64,000 nt of DNA from contig NC_092680.1 of assembly GCF_964355755.1 (NCBI RefSeq), positions 14,579,045-14,643,044 on the forward strand, in the 5' to 3' direction. Shown piece by piece: positions 34,647 through 48,300 of the stretch (positions are counted from its first letter, which is position 1; every line of letters starts with the position of its first letter). A program made the position numbers and the translations under genes. Under the pieces are notes generated by a model, which saw nothing but the letters and a program-made list of their open reading frames with translations, had not been told where the DNA came from and ran no database searches. This DNA comes from Antedon mediterranea (lineage: Eukaryota; Animalia; Echinodermata).

Positions 34647-35723
34647 CGGGTGTCACGCAACCTAAGACCGCGAAAGCTAAGACCCCCTAAGACCTAAGAT
34701 CACGAAAGCTAAGACCCAAGACCTAAGATTACAAATATTTATCTTTCACCTGCCTTGTATTTTAACTCCCAACATTTATTCTGAATACCACACCTTAGAA
34801 TTGGCACTTTCATGAAAAAGAATCACATAAAAAGTAACAAATACATTTTTAAATTGATGATTTTACAGACGTTTTTCTCGCACACAAAATGACTAGCCTA
34901 CAGACAGTACACTAGTAGGCCTACCCCATGTTCAATGTTTTTGTTTCTATGGAACGTCAAAAGAGCAAAAATTATATAGAGGGCTGAAAACTCTGTGGAG
35001 TCCATCTATAGTGTGGATGGAACAATGTAAAATTAAAATTGTAATGATAATAGTATAATCATGCAAGTACGAAGAAATAAATACTGGCAAATAAATTTTA
35101 ACTTAAAAATCATGATAAGTTTTTTTGTTTCGTTTTCTTTCTGTTTTTATACTTGTACTATTATTGTTGCTCTTTTGGCGCTCCATAAAAACAAAAACAT
35201 TGAGCATGGGGAGCTCGAGGAGTTACATTACAGTATACAAAGAAACACGTCTGTAAAATCATCAATTTAAAGGATTTATTTATTTGTTATTATGTGTTTC
35301 TCCTTCTGAAAGTACTTAAGTCCTAATTTTAAAGTGTGGTATTCAGGATAAAGTTAGTCAACAAATTTGGAGTCAAAATACAAGAAAGGCAGGTGCGTAA
35401 GAAAAACATCCTCTGAACCAACACAATGGAGTAAATATATACCAACAAACAACCCGTAAAGTTTGTTTGTTGTAAAGAAAAAAATATACATTTACTCAAC
35501 GGGCGAAAATAATGTGAGTTTATCTATGTTTTGCGGTAGTATTTAATTATATTTATGGTAATAAATGAAACCTACTGTGTTAAATTATGTATGGATAAAC
35601 AAGTATTGTTTTTAAGCTGTAGTATATCTTAGAATTTGTAATCTTAGGTCTTGGGTCTTAGCTTTCGTGATCTTAGGTCTTAGGGGGTCTTAGCTTTCGT
35701 GGTCTTAGGTTTCGTGACACCCG
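34647..35723. mobile_element. Palindromic non-autonomous DNA transposon (Merlin-like), copy 1
   Basis: ~90-bp TIR CGGGTGTCACG.AACCTAAGACC.CGAAAGCTAAGACCCC... built from CTAAGA subrepeats. Internal inverted symmetry. Near-identical inverted copy at 44739-45831. Confidence 0.8.
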
Positions 35724-35967
35724 GCTGTGGGCCTTGTTTTTAACAAAATGGACCTCACACAGGCCATTTCTTTTAAGTAAAATGTTAAACTTGGCAGCTT
35801 CTTCCTCCTCCATCTTTCTTTTTTGTTGTACTCGATATAGAGAGAGCCAGGGCTGATGATGAGGGGGGATGGTCAGAGAAGTAATCGCGCGCTTGCTGAT
35901 CGCCGCACGTCACATGACATCATGGTGTGATCGTCGGAAGAGCGCGCAAGTTCAGACATGCTATCGT

Positions 35968-36505
35968 GGAATTCCGTCTTGCCGAGATACTTTACCTTGG
36001 AATTCCGTCTTTCCGAGATAAACTATCTGAGAATTCCGTCTTTCCGAGATAAACTATCTGAGAATTCCGTCTTTCCGAAATAAACTATCTGAGAATTCCG
36101 TCTTTCCGAAATAAACTATCTGAGAATTCCGTCTTTCCGAGATAAACTATCTCAGAATTCCGTCTTTCCGAGATAAACTATCTAAGAATTCCGTCTTTCC
36201 GAGATAAACTATCTAAGAATTCCATCTTTCCGAGATAAACTATCTAAGAATTCCATCTTTCCGAGATAAACTATCTGAGAATTCCGTCTTTCCGAGATAA
36301 ACTATCTGAGAATTCCGTCTTTCCGAGATAAACTATCTCAGAATTCCGTCTTTCCGAGATAAACTATCTCAGAATTCCGTCTTTCCGAGATAAACTATCT
36401 AAGAATTCTATCTTTCCAAGATAAACTATCTGAGAATTCCGTCTTTCCGAGATAAACTATCTGAGAATTCCGTCTTTCTGAGTTAATTTATCTTGGAATT
36501 CCATC
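35968..36505. repeat. 31-bp minisatellite (~17 copies)
   Basis: Unit GAATTCCGTCTTTCCGAGATAAACTATCT(G/A/C)A with no spacers. Confidence 0.92.
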
Positions 36506-36599
36506 ATATCGATTGCTTTATTCCATGTTTCCAAGATAATTATCTCAGTAACTCGGAATCTCGGAAGGTCAATTTAAGCTTCCGTACATAGCTAACTAC

Positions 36600-38907
36600 A
36601 GAATGCAAATTGGACTCTATTAGAAAGGAAAACGAAAGAAAAAAGAATATGCAAGAAAAAATAGCATAAGCGTTATGAAATTGGTTAGCGTTTCAGTACG
36701 AATAGCAGCCATAATTTATGTACAATTACTACTTGCTGGAGATCATCCAGGGCCTCGTCCAACACGACAGGAAACAACCAAACAAACTGACCCCGACGAA
36801 GAAAAGATAACCGGTTCTTCATTTTCTCACATTTAATACAAAATATGAACACAAAAATGAACTATATTGCTGAAGATATAAAACTTATGAAAGCTCAGAT
36901 GGATACAATAACTAGTAGCATGAACCATTTAAAGAAAGAATTGAAGAAGAAAATAATATCTGAAAAAAGAAAACGAAAAACAAAAAATTAAAATAGACCA
37001 AATTGAAGGACAAAGCCGAAGGAAGAATCTAATATTTTATGGAATAAATGAAAGAGACGGTGAAAGTTGGGCTCAAGCCGACGAAAAAGTCAAAGAATAC
37101 ATCACGGAAACTCCAAAAATGGATGGAAATAGTATCCAGTTTGATACTTAATGCTAAAATTAGACAAAGGCCTATAATAGCGAAATTTAAAAAGAAGATA
37201 TTTTAAGCAGAAAGATACGTCGACATGCAACCGTGGGAGAAAATGTTTTTCAAGCAGAAGCAAGCGTCAATGAAGACTCCACAGCAAGAGTTAGAGCAAT
37301 TAGAAAGAAACTGAAACCAATGATGGCCGAAGCTATTAAGAAAGGGAAACAAATTAAATTAAGATATGATAAGCTTATTATTTATAATGAATCATTTACC
37401 TTTGATTTAGATAATGATAAATTAGTTTCATTAAATAAAAATAAATAGAAAATAAATAATGCCAATATGCAAAATCAAAAAAAGACAAAAACAAAAAATG
37501 TAATAGCCTTAAAATCGGCACCAATAATAAACGTAATTGTAAATAAAAATTACATTTAATGTAATAAAAGAATTTGTAAAAAAAATATATAAGTACTAAA
37601 AATAATTACAAAAAACTATTAAAACAGAAACAAATAGACTACTACAAAACAAAAAGGAAAAACATAAGACGACTCCTCAAAGATAACGATAATAAAAGAT
37701 TCCGAGAAGAGAAGAAAAAAAGCAATCTATCAAATGAAATTTCATTAATGGTATGGCATCGACACTTTAGTAATGTAAACAGTTCCAATAATTGTAAGCG
37801 TAGTGGACAACTTGCCCTATGTCAATCAAATATTGAACACAGAAATTAAATTAGATGAAGTCATAAGTGCATTTAAACACCAACAAGGGTAAAGCCCCGG
37901 GTATTGATGGTATCACGAGCGGAATATTATTAAATGTCCCTAATTTTGTATATGAAAAAAAAATTTAATATTTGTCAGTAGGACTTTCCCTTAATGTTGT
38001 GCCACCACTGTAATTATACCAATACATAAAAAGGGAAAAGTTCTGAACCTCAAAACTATAGAGAGGGATATCTCTGATACCAACCATAGCTAAGGCTTTC
38101 CTTTATATCATCAATAATAAACTCATAGACTGGACAGATAAATGTAACATTTTGAATCAGGAGCAATCAGGGTCTAGGAAAGGACATCGAACCCTCGACA
38201 ATATATATTTTGAACACAATTGTATCCAAAAATCTTATTAAGAAGAGGGGCAGAACTTGTGTTACTTTTGTCGACTTAAAATGTGCCTTTGATTCTTCAA
38301 TAAACCACAATTACCTTACTTACGAATTAAAGAAACTAGGTCTGCAAGATGAAATTTTAAATGTAATTAATTCACTCTATTCAAAACTAAAGTCTTTTGT
38401 TAAAATTGATTCCCTACAAAATGGAATTGGTATACAACAGGAGTCACCATTATCATCTCTATACTATTTAATATCTTTCTACAAGACTTAATTCTGCAAA
38501 ACAATCTGATAAAATACAGATTCAAGATTACAAATTTTAGATCTTGAAAACGAAAAGGGATGATGGACAGGAATTGAAAGGGAAAAACGAATCTGTAAAG
38601 TTTACAAATGTAATGAGGTTGAAAATGAATATCACCTAGTTTTAGTATGTCCATACTACAACGAAATTAGACACTCCTTCTTAAAACCTTATTATTTTAA
38701 TCAACCAACAAATAAAAAGTTTATTTTACTAATGAAAAACAAAAAAAAAGTAATAAAAAACCTGGTAAGATTTGCCTTTTTGGCATATAAAAAGAGAACT
38801 AATTATTTTGCTGTTACTACTTCTTAAATTTTACAATATGTATTATTTTCTATTACTGTACTTGGGCCAGTGGCCTACATACTATTGAATAAATGGATGA
38901 ATGAATA
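36600..38907 (+). mobile_element. Degenerate, internally deleted RTEX-like LINE (ORF1, ORF2 fragments and 3' tail)
   Basis: ORF1: IEGQSRRKNLIFYGINE..ESW, RPIIAKF, KLRYDKLII. ORF2: KAPGIDGI, NYRGISL (frameshifted), EQSGSRKG..TLDNI, FVDLKCAFDS, C-terminal C..C...ENEYHLVLVCPYY. GGCCAGTGGCC hairpin, AATAAA and (TGAA)n tail. Confidence 0.8.
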
Positions 38908-39330
38908 ATGTAGTTATGGTTAATGGTTAGCATTGTATCATTGTGATCTCATCTTTCACAAATTTTGAAAACATATATATTTCTATATAATATCTTAATA
39001 TAATTTATTAAGGCCTATTACCATGTCATCGAATGAATTAAAACAACCGTGTAAACATAAGGAAATGTGTTTTAATATGTATTATTTTATATTATATTAG
39101 TAATTAACTGAAGGCCTACATAAAATATTCAATTTTAATGGGTAATAAGATTTAAAATTATAGTAACAATAATAATAATTTAGATTTAGCCTAAATAAAA
39201 GGCCAACCAGAAGTTTTAAAAGAGGGTACCAGGGAAAGTATTACTGTAGTTTATACGGGCCTATGTGTACGGATATAGGTGGGTAAATCGCATAAAAAAC
39301 ACAACAAAAAAAACCAACCAAACAATATGC

Positions 39331-42300
39331 CTATAAGCCTACATGAGAAAATATTTCAAAATGCCCCAGTTTCTTCAAAATCAGTATAGTTATCTGTTCA
39401 TTCTGATCACGTGATGATTTTCCTTTATCCCATTCCTGTTGTTTTACATCGCCAAACATTAGGAAAATCACGAGTCCAAATATATGTACTACAGCAATGA
39501 TAATGAATATGATACGCCACTGGTTCATTGAGTTCTGTAATAAAACACAATATATATTAATATTTAATAAACTTATGGATGGATATTACCATTGATTATT
39601 AGCACACATAGCCCTTTGCTTTTTAAACTATGCCCCTATAGCAAAGTACAGAGTAGTTGGGTATCACTATGATGCGCTGAGTTCTTCCATAAATTCTTAC
39701 AGAATGAATTCATGAGGCTTGCTTCATTTTACTTTCATAGAATAAGAGTAAACGGATATTTAACCCAAGTGATGGAGACGTCATCCACAATAGGTGGTGC
39801 CATAAAGTGTCTTATTATGATCATGGAAGACCTCTATGTTATTATTATATTTGTTGATGTGTTTAGTATGCGTATGCGGTTGTTGTTTGTTTTTATTGTT
39901 TATTTGCGCACACACACACAAGAACAAAATTTAAGTTTAAAAAAAAGGTGTGCAGAAGAAGGCCAAAATAAGTTTAAAGACAAAATTTAAGTCATGGCCA
40001 GCAGATTAAATAAATAAAATATTGAAGGTATAGTAGCCCAGTTTACAAGAAGAACAACTTATAATGTTAAGAAACAGTAGCAGGTGTTTGCCATAAGCCG
40101 CAACCAGATTCTTATTTAAGTTAAATTTGAACGAAGGAGGATTGGAAAGACATTTGAATGAAGTGCTTAATAAATTCCATAATTTCGGGCCATTTTAAAA
40201 CATTGATTTTCTTCTCAAATGAAATGTATGCTTTTCGGATAAAATATTGGTTTTGGCAAAGCTTGTAAATTACACGGCAAGTAAAAAGGGAATCTACCTC
40301 TGTTTCTAACAGTTTTCCAAGAATTGCCGGTCCAGCGAATCCTGTTCCATTTGAAACCACAAAAATAATTCCAGAAACAAGACCAGTGTGATTTGGACTG
40401 ATGTCCATAACGTTTGTTTCAATCCCGGAACCTGCAAAACCATATGCACCCAAGGCACCGATAATGCAAAGTGTTCCTACCACCGGGTTGGCACCAAAGT
40501 ATCCCACAATCGTAAATAAAACAGCGGGTAAAAACAATGCTGAAAAATAAAAAGGTAATTGAAATAATGCTTTTATTTTTTTGAATGAATGTTCGAGTAT
40601 TATATCATAAGATACAACGTAGACCCTACCGTGCATGCAGAAGGTTAAATATATAAAAATATATTTTGATTCTTTGAGCTTAAAAAATGTTATTTTAAAA
40701 TTATCATTAGATGAGATCAGGGAGATTTATTTTACATCTCCCTGATGAGATCAAGCATTGTATTCAGATAAAATATTTTACGCATGCGCATTGTCTATCA
40801 TTCTCTTAGCAGCAGTGCCGCTAACACTGTTTAATTCCATTAACAAGAGAGGCTGTTCGGGTTGCTATGTTTTAATACTTTCAATCTAATCGCAATTGTT
40901 TTAAATGGTTATTTGTGTAACAGTATTGATACATGTATATAAAACGTACTTACATAAAAATGTCATTAGTTTTCTGGTAAGTAGGATGCTAATCTTTCCT
41001 CTTGACATTAAATAATGTGCAACAATGCCACTTATTATGAAGACAAGCATTTGTGTTAGGTACGCTATGGAAACCATCAAACAGGTCTTGAATATAAAGA
41101 AATAATTATAAAAAATATATAAAGTATATCGATAGATATAGACAAATGCCATGATCGTATACAACACCATTTGCTCACAGCATTTTTAGTCGCGTGGAAG
41201 CGACTCTATAGTTCACTATGTCGGTCGGTTGGTCGGTCTGTCTGTCTGTCTGTCTGTCGGTCTGTCTGTGTCGGTTTGTCGGTCCGGTATCACTATGCGT
41301 TTTATCGCTTTCTGACCTTATCTTGATATCAGTTTAATCTAGCTAGGTCAATTTTTCACAGTATATTCCTTATGGCCAGGAATCAATGTGTTTATGTTTT
41401 CACGGTGCGCAATAAAAAATTACGCGGTCTACGCATGATTTAACGAAATCACGTTTGTAATCATATCTTCACAACCATGAATCACAATTAAATAAAATTT
41501 GGTACTCATAAATTTCAGGGCATAAATCATCATATGGCAATACAATTACGTGTGTAGCGCATGTAACGCATGCGTACGCGCGCTTACAATTTTCAAAACT
41601 TATTTTCGATGAAATAAGAGTACGTTTCAGGCAATTTTAAGCGTTTACAAAATTTCCATGAGTGCGCATATTTTTGCGCGCGCACTGCGCGTTAAATGTT
41701 ATTGCGCACTCTTTTTGCCCGATTTCTGTTTTCTTGACTTACTTTTCAACTCGAAATTACGTTATACGAGCACGTCAAAAGTGAAATTAAAAAAATATAA
41801 ATGTTTTTAAACATTTTCAACATTTTTAAACATGTTCAGTAATTTCGGTCAGTATAGTTCACTATGTCGGTCGGTCGGTCTGTCGGTCTGTCTGTCGGTC
41901 TGTCTGTCGGTCTGTCTGTCGGTTCGGTATCACTATGCATTGTAGCACGCGACTTAATGGCTGTTGGCCTTGTTTTAATTTGTTTACTTCGAGAAACGCC
42001 AATTACAGGATGGATAAACTATTCATTCCGTTCTTTGTTGTACGAGATTATAATTTACGATTTCTTTTCAAACATCATCCACAGACATCATAATAGAGTA
42101 CATCTTCATTTACTAGTTCTAATAACCAATTGTATCTTAGCTATCTTAATGTGCCTACTTACAACTTTGACGTTCAAATTTAGTATAGTAGTGAAAAACA
42201 TAGGTACGTTTGAGTGTCCAAAGAAGTAACCAAGTTGGAAGGCAGTGTAACTTATAAAAAATGCCCAAAATGGAGCCGACGTTAACATTCCAGACCATGA

Positions 42301-45300
42301 CAAACTTGGATTCTATTTGAAAAATAGAATAAAATATTATAATATAATAGGTACGCCATTTTTTACAGATAAAATGGATTTCTTGTGTAGGCGGAAAACG
42401 GTTTGGGGAGGGACGATTATGTAGGCAAATACGTGTACCATTTTAAATTATTCACGTCTTCATCGTCTATGACTCACTATACATTTTATCATTTAAGCAC
42501 CCCCAGTTATGCCATTATCACATTAAAACGTTAATACCTGACTTTGATGTTTATCTTGTTTCCAGCTTTGAATATGTTTCTTTTCTTGAACTGATATTCT
42601 GGGATTTCTATCTGGATTGTCCAGATGAAACCAATTCCAGAAGAAACAAAAAACCAGCCCAATGCAGCCTATAAATTATTATTAAACTTCATTTAATCCT
42701 TTAAATTTGATGTACATATTTAAAAAACAATTTTTAAAATTAATATTTTGTTGGGAGTAACTTCCACGAGGTAAGGAATGCTATAGCCTTATAATATTTG
42801 CTATCTACATTATCCATTTCAATAGAAACATCTGAAATGGTTCTACAACAATTACAGACTTAATTCCTGAAATGTTTTTAACATTGTGCCTTGAAATGGA
42901 TATTATTTGATATGTCTTACTGAAGAAATAAAATGGTAATGGCCATCCTCCATTGAATGACATTGAACAAAGAAATGCCGCCACGTAAGAAGATGCTATG
43001 AATCCAAAACATGCACCTGTGACGAAAACAATGTTTAAATGTTTATTGAACAAGAATCATGTCGGAATGTTCGTCTCCCTTTCTCGTCATGTTACTAGGT
43101 AGTTTGAGTGACGTCAGTAAGATGTTTTCTGTTTCTCCTGTATTTTGAAGGCCCGGATGCGATTTTTTTTTTCGTACATAAGTTGGGGACCCCTCATGAA
43201 ACGTCACAAAATAAACATGAATAATTCATCAGTTAAATTTGTTGTTCCGTGTGCACCCAAGCGTATAGCAACAAGAAGTGATTACACGCACAGTACAGTA
43301 CAACTAAACTGCGATACGATTCTTTCTACAGTAGGCCTAGGATTCTAGGTCAATTCACGTGATTGCCTTCGCGCACTCTTCTTCACACCATGGATTAAAG
43401 AATAGAAGGATATGCATCGACGGTGACATCAAACGATTTTACAACGCGCTTGCCTATACTAAAGCACTGCTGCCAATCAAACAAACACGTTCATTGAACT
43501 CCGTGTCTCTAACCGCGGCCCTCTGTAAAACGCTGCGAATCAACTGTTACATTTTTTGAGACCAAAACGTAACCATGTAGAAATCGTATGCGCAGTCTGA
43601 ATGTTCTATTGACATGTCTGCGTCGATGATTAATTGATAACAAACATATATTGCTGAATAATTCTGTTTTAGTTTCATCACAATCGGACTACGAAAAGTT
43701 CACTTTCTTACGACTGGTAATTTTAAGTAGTTGGTAATATTAATAAAATATGCAATTTTTATATTTGAATTATCATTATTTGCCTGCCATCTTCTGTCAT
43801 TAAAAATTGCGTTAATCTATAGAATATTAAATTATGCATTTGACCATGTATGTTGTTAGCGTGGCCGGTGTTCAGACATACACCAATCGTGTTTTTTAAT
43901 ATATGGCTAAGCAGTGGTTTCTTCATAAATCTCCTTAATTATCGATGTGATTATATTTAAACTGTAGTGCCTGGTGATTGGCTAGTGGTTATGTCATCCA
44001 CATCACCGGGCCTAATTGAATGAAAACAGCGATCCCTGATCCGGGATTGGCTGGCTATGTATAGTTGCGATTCGTTACCTAGCGGTCGTTTTGAAAAGTA
44101 CACGCAGGGCAAACTTGATCACGAACAAACGAAGTAGGCCTACCTATTATTATTCACACAAGAAGTAAGACAACGGTGAGTATTTAAGATTAGCCTAGGC
44201 CTACCTAGGCAGTATCAATGTCGGCAAATCATAGGGTTTACTAGCCCAGTTTAGCCTAGTTAGTACAAGGCCTAGCTAGGCTAGCATTCTTGTAATTTTA
44301 CAACAAATGAGACAACTAATAGTTATTGTCTCAGATGTAGGGCTACTACAGGTCATAAAATGCTACTTTAATCATCATAAAAAAATCATTAGCGTAGATC
44401 AATCGCGGCAGAAACCAACATAGTCAATAGTTGACCATCTACAAACATCATGCAACCAAAGAACGCGAAAGAAGCGTAGCCAACAAGGTTAAATGTCGTT
44501 GCACATGTGCAGTAAACAATATATATTAGGCACGCGACCGTTTCGTTGTTACCATGCGGTTAATTAAACTGTAACATTGTGGGCGGTCCGCAGTCTGTCG
44601 GCGAGAGTCAAGGAACCCTTGATCTCACGTCGATGCATATCCTTCTATTCTTTAATCCATGTTCACACACACCACTATGCAAAATGTGTCGAGGCTAATC
44701 GACAGCTAGGCAAGACATTAAACTAAGTAGTAATTGGACGGGTGTCCCGAAACCTAAGACCACGAAAGCTCAGACCCCCTAACTAAGACCTAAGATCACG
44801 AAAGCTAAGACCCAACACCTAAGATTACAAATACTAAGATATACTACAGCTTAAAAACAATACTTGTTTATCCATACATAATTTTAAACACAGTAGGTTT
44901 CATTTATTACCATAAATATAATTTAATTCTACCGCAAAACATAGATAAACTCACATTATTTTCGCCCGTTGAGTAAATGTATATTTTTTCTTTACAACAA
45001 ACAAACTTGACGGGTTGTTTGTTGGTATATATTTACTCCATTGTGTTGGTTCAGAGAATGTTTTTCTTACGCACCTGCCTTTCTTGTATTTTGACTCCAA
45101 ATTTGTTGACTAACTTTATCCTGAACACCACACTTTAAAATTAGGACTTATAAGTACTTTCAGAAGGAGAAACACATAATAACAAATAAATAAATCCTTT
45201 AAATTGATGATTTTACAGATGTGTTTCTTTGTATACTGTAATACTAATGTAACTCCTCGAGCTCCCCATGCTCAATGTTTTTGTTTCTATGGAGCGCCAA

Positions 45301-48300
45301 AAGAGCAACAATAATAGTACAAGTATAAAAACAGAAAGAAAACGAAACAAAAAAACTTATCATGATTTTTAAATTAAAATTTATTTGCCAGTATTTATTT
45401 CTTTGTACTTGCATGATTATACTATTATCATTACAATTTTGATTTTACATTGTTCCATCCACACTGTAGATGGACTCCACAGAGTTTTCAGCCCTCTATA
45501 TAATTTTTGCTCTTTTGACGTTCCATAGAAACAAAAACATTGAACATGGCCCATGTGGTAGGCCTACTGTACTGTAGGCTAGTCATTTTGTGTGCGAGAA
45601 AAACGTCTGTAAAATCATCAATTTAAAAATGTATTTGTTACTTTTTATGTGATTCTTTTTTCATGAAAGTGCCAATTCTAAGGTGTGGTATTCAGAATAG
45701 ATGTTGGGAGTTAAAATACAAGGCAGGTGCGAAAGATAAATATTTGTAATCTTAGGTGTTGGGTCTTAGCTTTCGTGATCTTAGGTCTTAGGGGGTCTGA
45801 GCTTTCGTGGTCTTAGGTTTCGTGACACCCGTAATTGGGTATAGCCCAAAGAAAGCTTAGACCCACAAGAATAAAAAATGTGTATTGTGTACTGTAATTT
45901 TTTAATTCTGCTAAATTTTATTATCAAACAATAGGCCTATGCATGTACTCAAAGGAACTTTAAAAATGCGCGTATATGAACACATGCGATGGGAAGATTA
46001 GACCCACGAGAATAAAAAATGTATTTTTGTGTAATGTTTATTGTTTAATTTTGCTGACTATACTATTACTCGGACTGTGTCATACCTAACACACACGTCA
46101 CACACACACCCACACAGCTACTACTAGAATAGACATGGGTTTAGAGACTAATAATTAGGCCTAATAGTATTAATAGAAACTATAATTTTAACACGTAATT
46201 CTTTAGTAATAAATTATATTAAAAACACCATAAACTAAAGGCTGATTATTTCGACAATCCACACAAAACGCCGCTTTTCTTTTATGAAATCCCACGCGGC
46301 AACCACAGCGGAGATTAGGCCTAGAATCGTACCGCACTTGTGTAATCACTTCTTGTTGCTATACGCTTGGATGGAACAAGAAAATTTAACTGATGAATTA
46401 TTCATGTTTAGTTTGTGACGTTTCATGAGGGGGTCCCCAACTTATGTACGAAAAAAAAAATCGCGGCCCGGATCGTGGCACAAACAACCTGACAGCGTCA
46501 CTGCCGACAAATAGTTATAATGATTAATAATTATGATTAAACCTGGGAGGAATGAACAAAAAGCAAAAACAATACGTATAGAAGATTTGTAGCAAAATGG
46601 TCATAAATATTCCGAAAAAGCTAAATAAATTATACATATTAAATGTGTTAACCTGAAATTGATTAACCAAGATGTTTGTACTCGATTTTTAGAAGGATTT
46701 ATTAATTCCATATTGTGCATGTATAATATCAATTAATTAGCCTATGAATGTCTGTATACGAAATTAGGGGAACAGAAGGAAAAAGCAATAGTATGGCTAG
46801 TACTTGAATACTATCAATGTGGCTAGGATCAAATGTTGGTTAATGACTAATAATGAAAGTGAATTTCATCTTTCTAATTTACTTTAATTCTATTTACTTA
46901 TTTATTACTCAATCAATATGTGTACACAGTACAAAATGTAAATGTATATAGAAGAAGTTGGTTTTTACCTGCATATGTAGCCGAAGTAGCCATGCCCCTT
47001 TCTTCTGGGGGTGTCCATCTTCCAATAATAACGTACAATCCTGGGTATACCATTGCCTGACATAAACAGTTATAAAATCGTCAATTACAAAAGGAAGTTG
47101 TTGTTTGTTCTCTGTTTTGGCTCTTTTCACCAGGTAACTAACATAATTATATTCAAATTATCAGTTCGTTAGCCAAATATAAGGCATGATCCATTTTCGA
47201 CATATATATTTGTATTGTCCGTACCTTCTCATAGGTAAATTAATTCTGAATACACGACTGTTTTGTTGGTTTTTTTGTATAGTACATGTTGCTTTGTGAA
47301 AGCTTTCTACACGAACTACGACCCCGGGGGCCCCTGATCAAGGCCCAGAGAAAAAAAACAGGCATCAAAATATGAAAAAGTCCAATGACTCCAGCGTTGG
47401 ACGGCCATCTATAGCTTGGTTCCCACTAGGACGTAACGAACGACCGTAAGCGCAACGCAAGCAACAAATGACAGACTACAGTTAATCATCTATCATGTGT
47501 GGTTAAATTACTTGCGTTGCGTACGTTCCAGCGTTTATGCCACTGCACGTGCGACAGGTATTACAACGTATGACTTCTGTTACATATGTTCGTATTCTTA
47601 CTTTCCACGTATTTATTATGAATTTGCAGTTAGTATGTAGGCCTACGATGGTGTACCATAATGTATACACTCACCTGTGCAATACCATCCAATACTTTCA
47701 TTGTAAAAAGTAACCATACATCTGTCCTGGCTGTCACAGGAATCAATGCGTTTGCAATAAAAGACAATACCATACTAATAGTTACTACCCTTTTCGCGCC
47801 AACAGTATCGGCCAGCCATCCACCTGCTATGGGCATGATGCAGTAACCATAATAAAATGCACTGAGTAATAATTGTTGCGTCTTTTCATTCCAATCAAAC
47901 TCACCAGACTTTAAAATAGAATACACATTATATACCGGAAAAATACGATTTACATCACCACAAGTGTATTTTTCATTATTAACATTTTAATTATTCTAGA
48001 GAAGTCAACTAAAGTTAATTTAATTATTAATGCATGTCTTTTATTATTTACATAACATATTTATATTATTATAGGTTTATGGATGAACCTATAAATGAAG
48101 GAAGAAAAGGAATTCATTGGACAAAAGGAAAAATGTTATCATGATGTCAACATTATAGTTTTAAGTGTTATTGAAATAATGATTACTGATTAGAGAGGAA
48201 AGTGTGAACAATTACAATAATAAATATGAAGTGTACGCTCAGTGAGTACAATACATTAAATAATGGCACATACCCACAATTAGCCTACTAAACAATATAA

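Larger units (their letters stand above)
43159..46464. mobile_element. Non-autonomous Mutator-like element (MULE) in an SLC17 intron, containing two nested elements
   Basis: ~150-bp TIR GCGATTTTTTTTTTCGTACATAAGTTGGGGACCCC... Perfect 9-bp TSD GGCCCGGAT (43150-43158, 46465-46473). Confidence 0.88.

Noticed and set aside
35968-36505. 31-bp repeats as a possible CRISPR array
   Set aside because: Head-to-tail units with no unique spacers, no cas genes and a eukaryotic context; a minisatellite.
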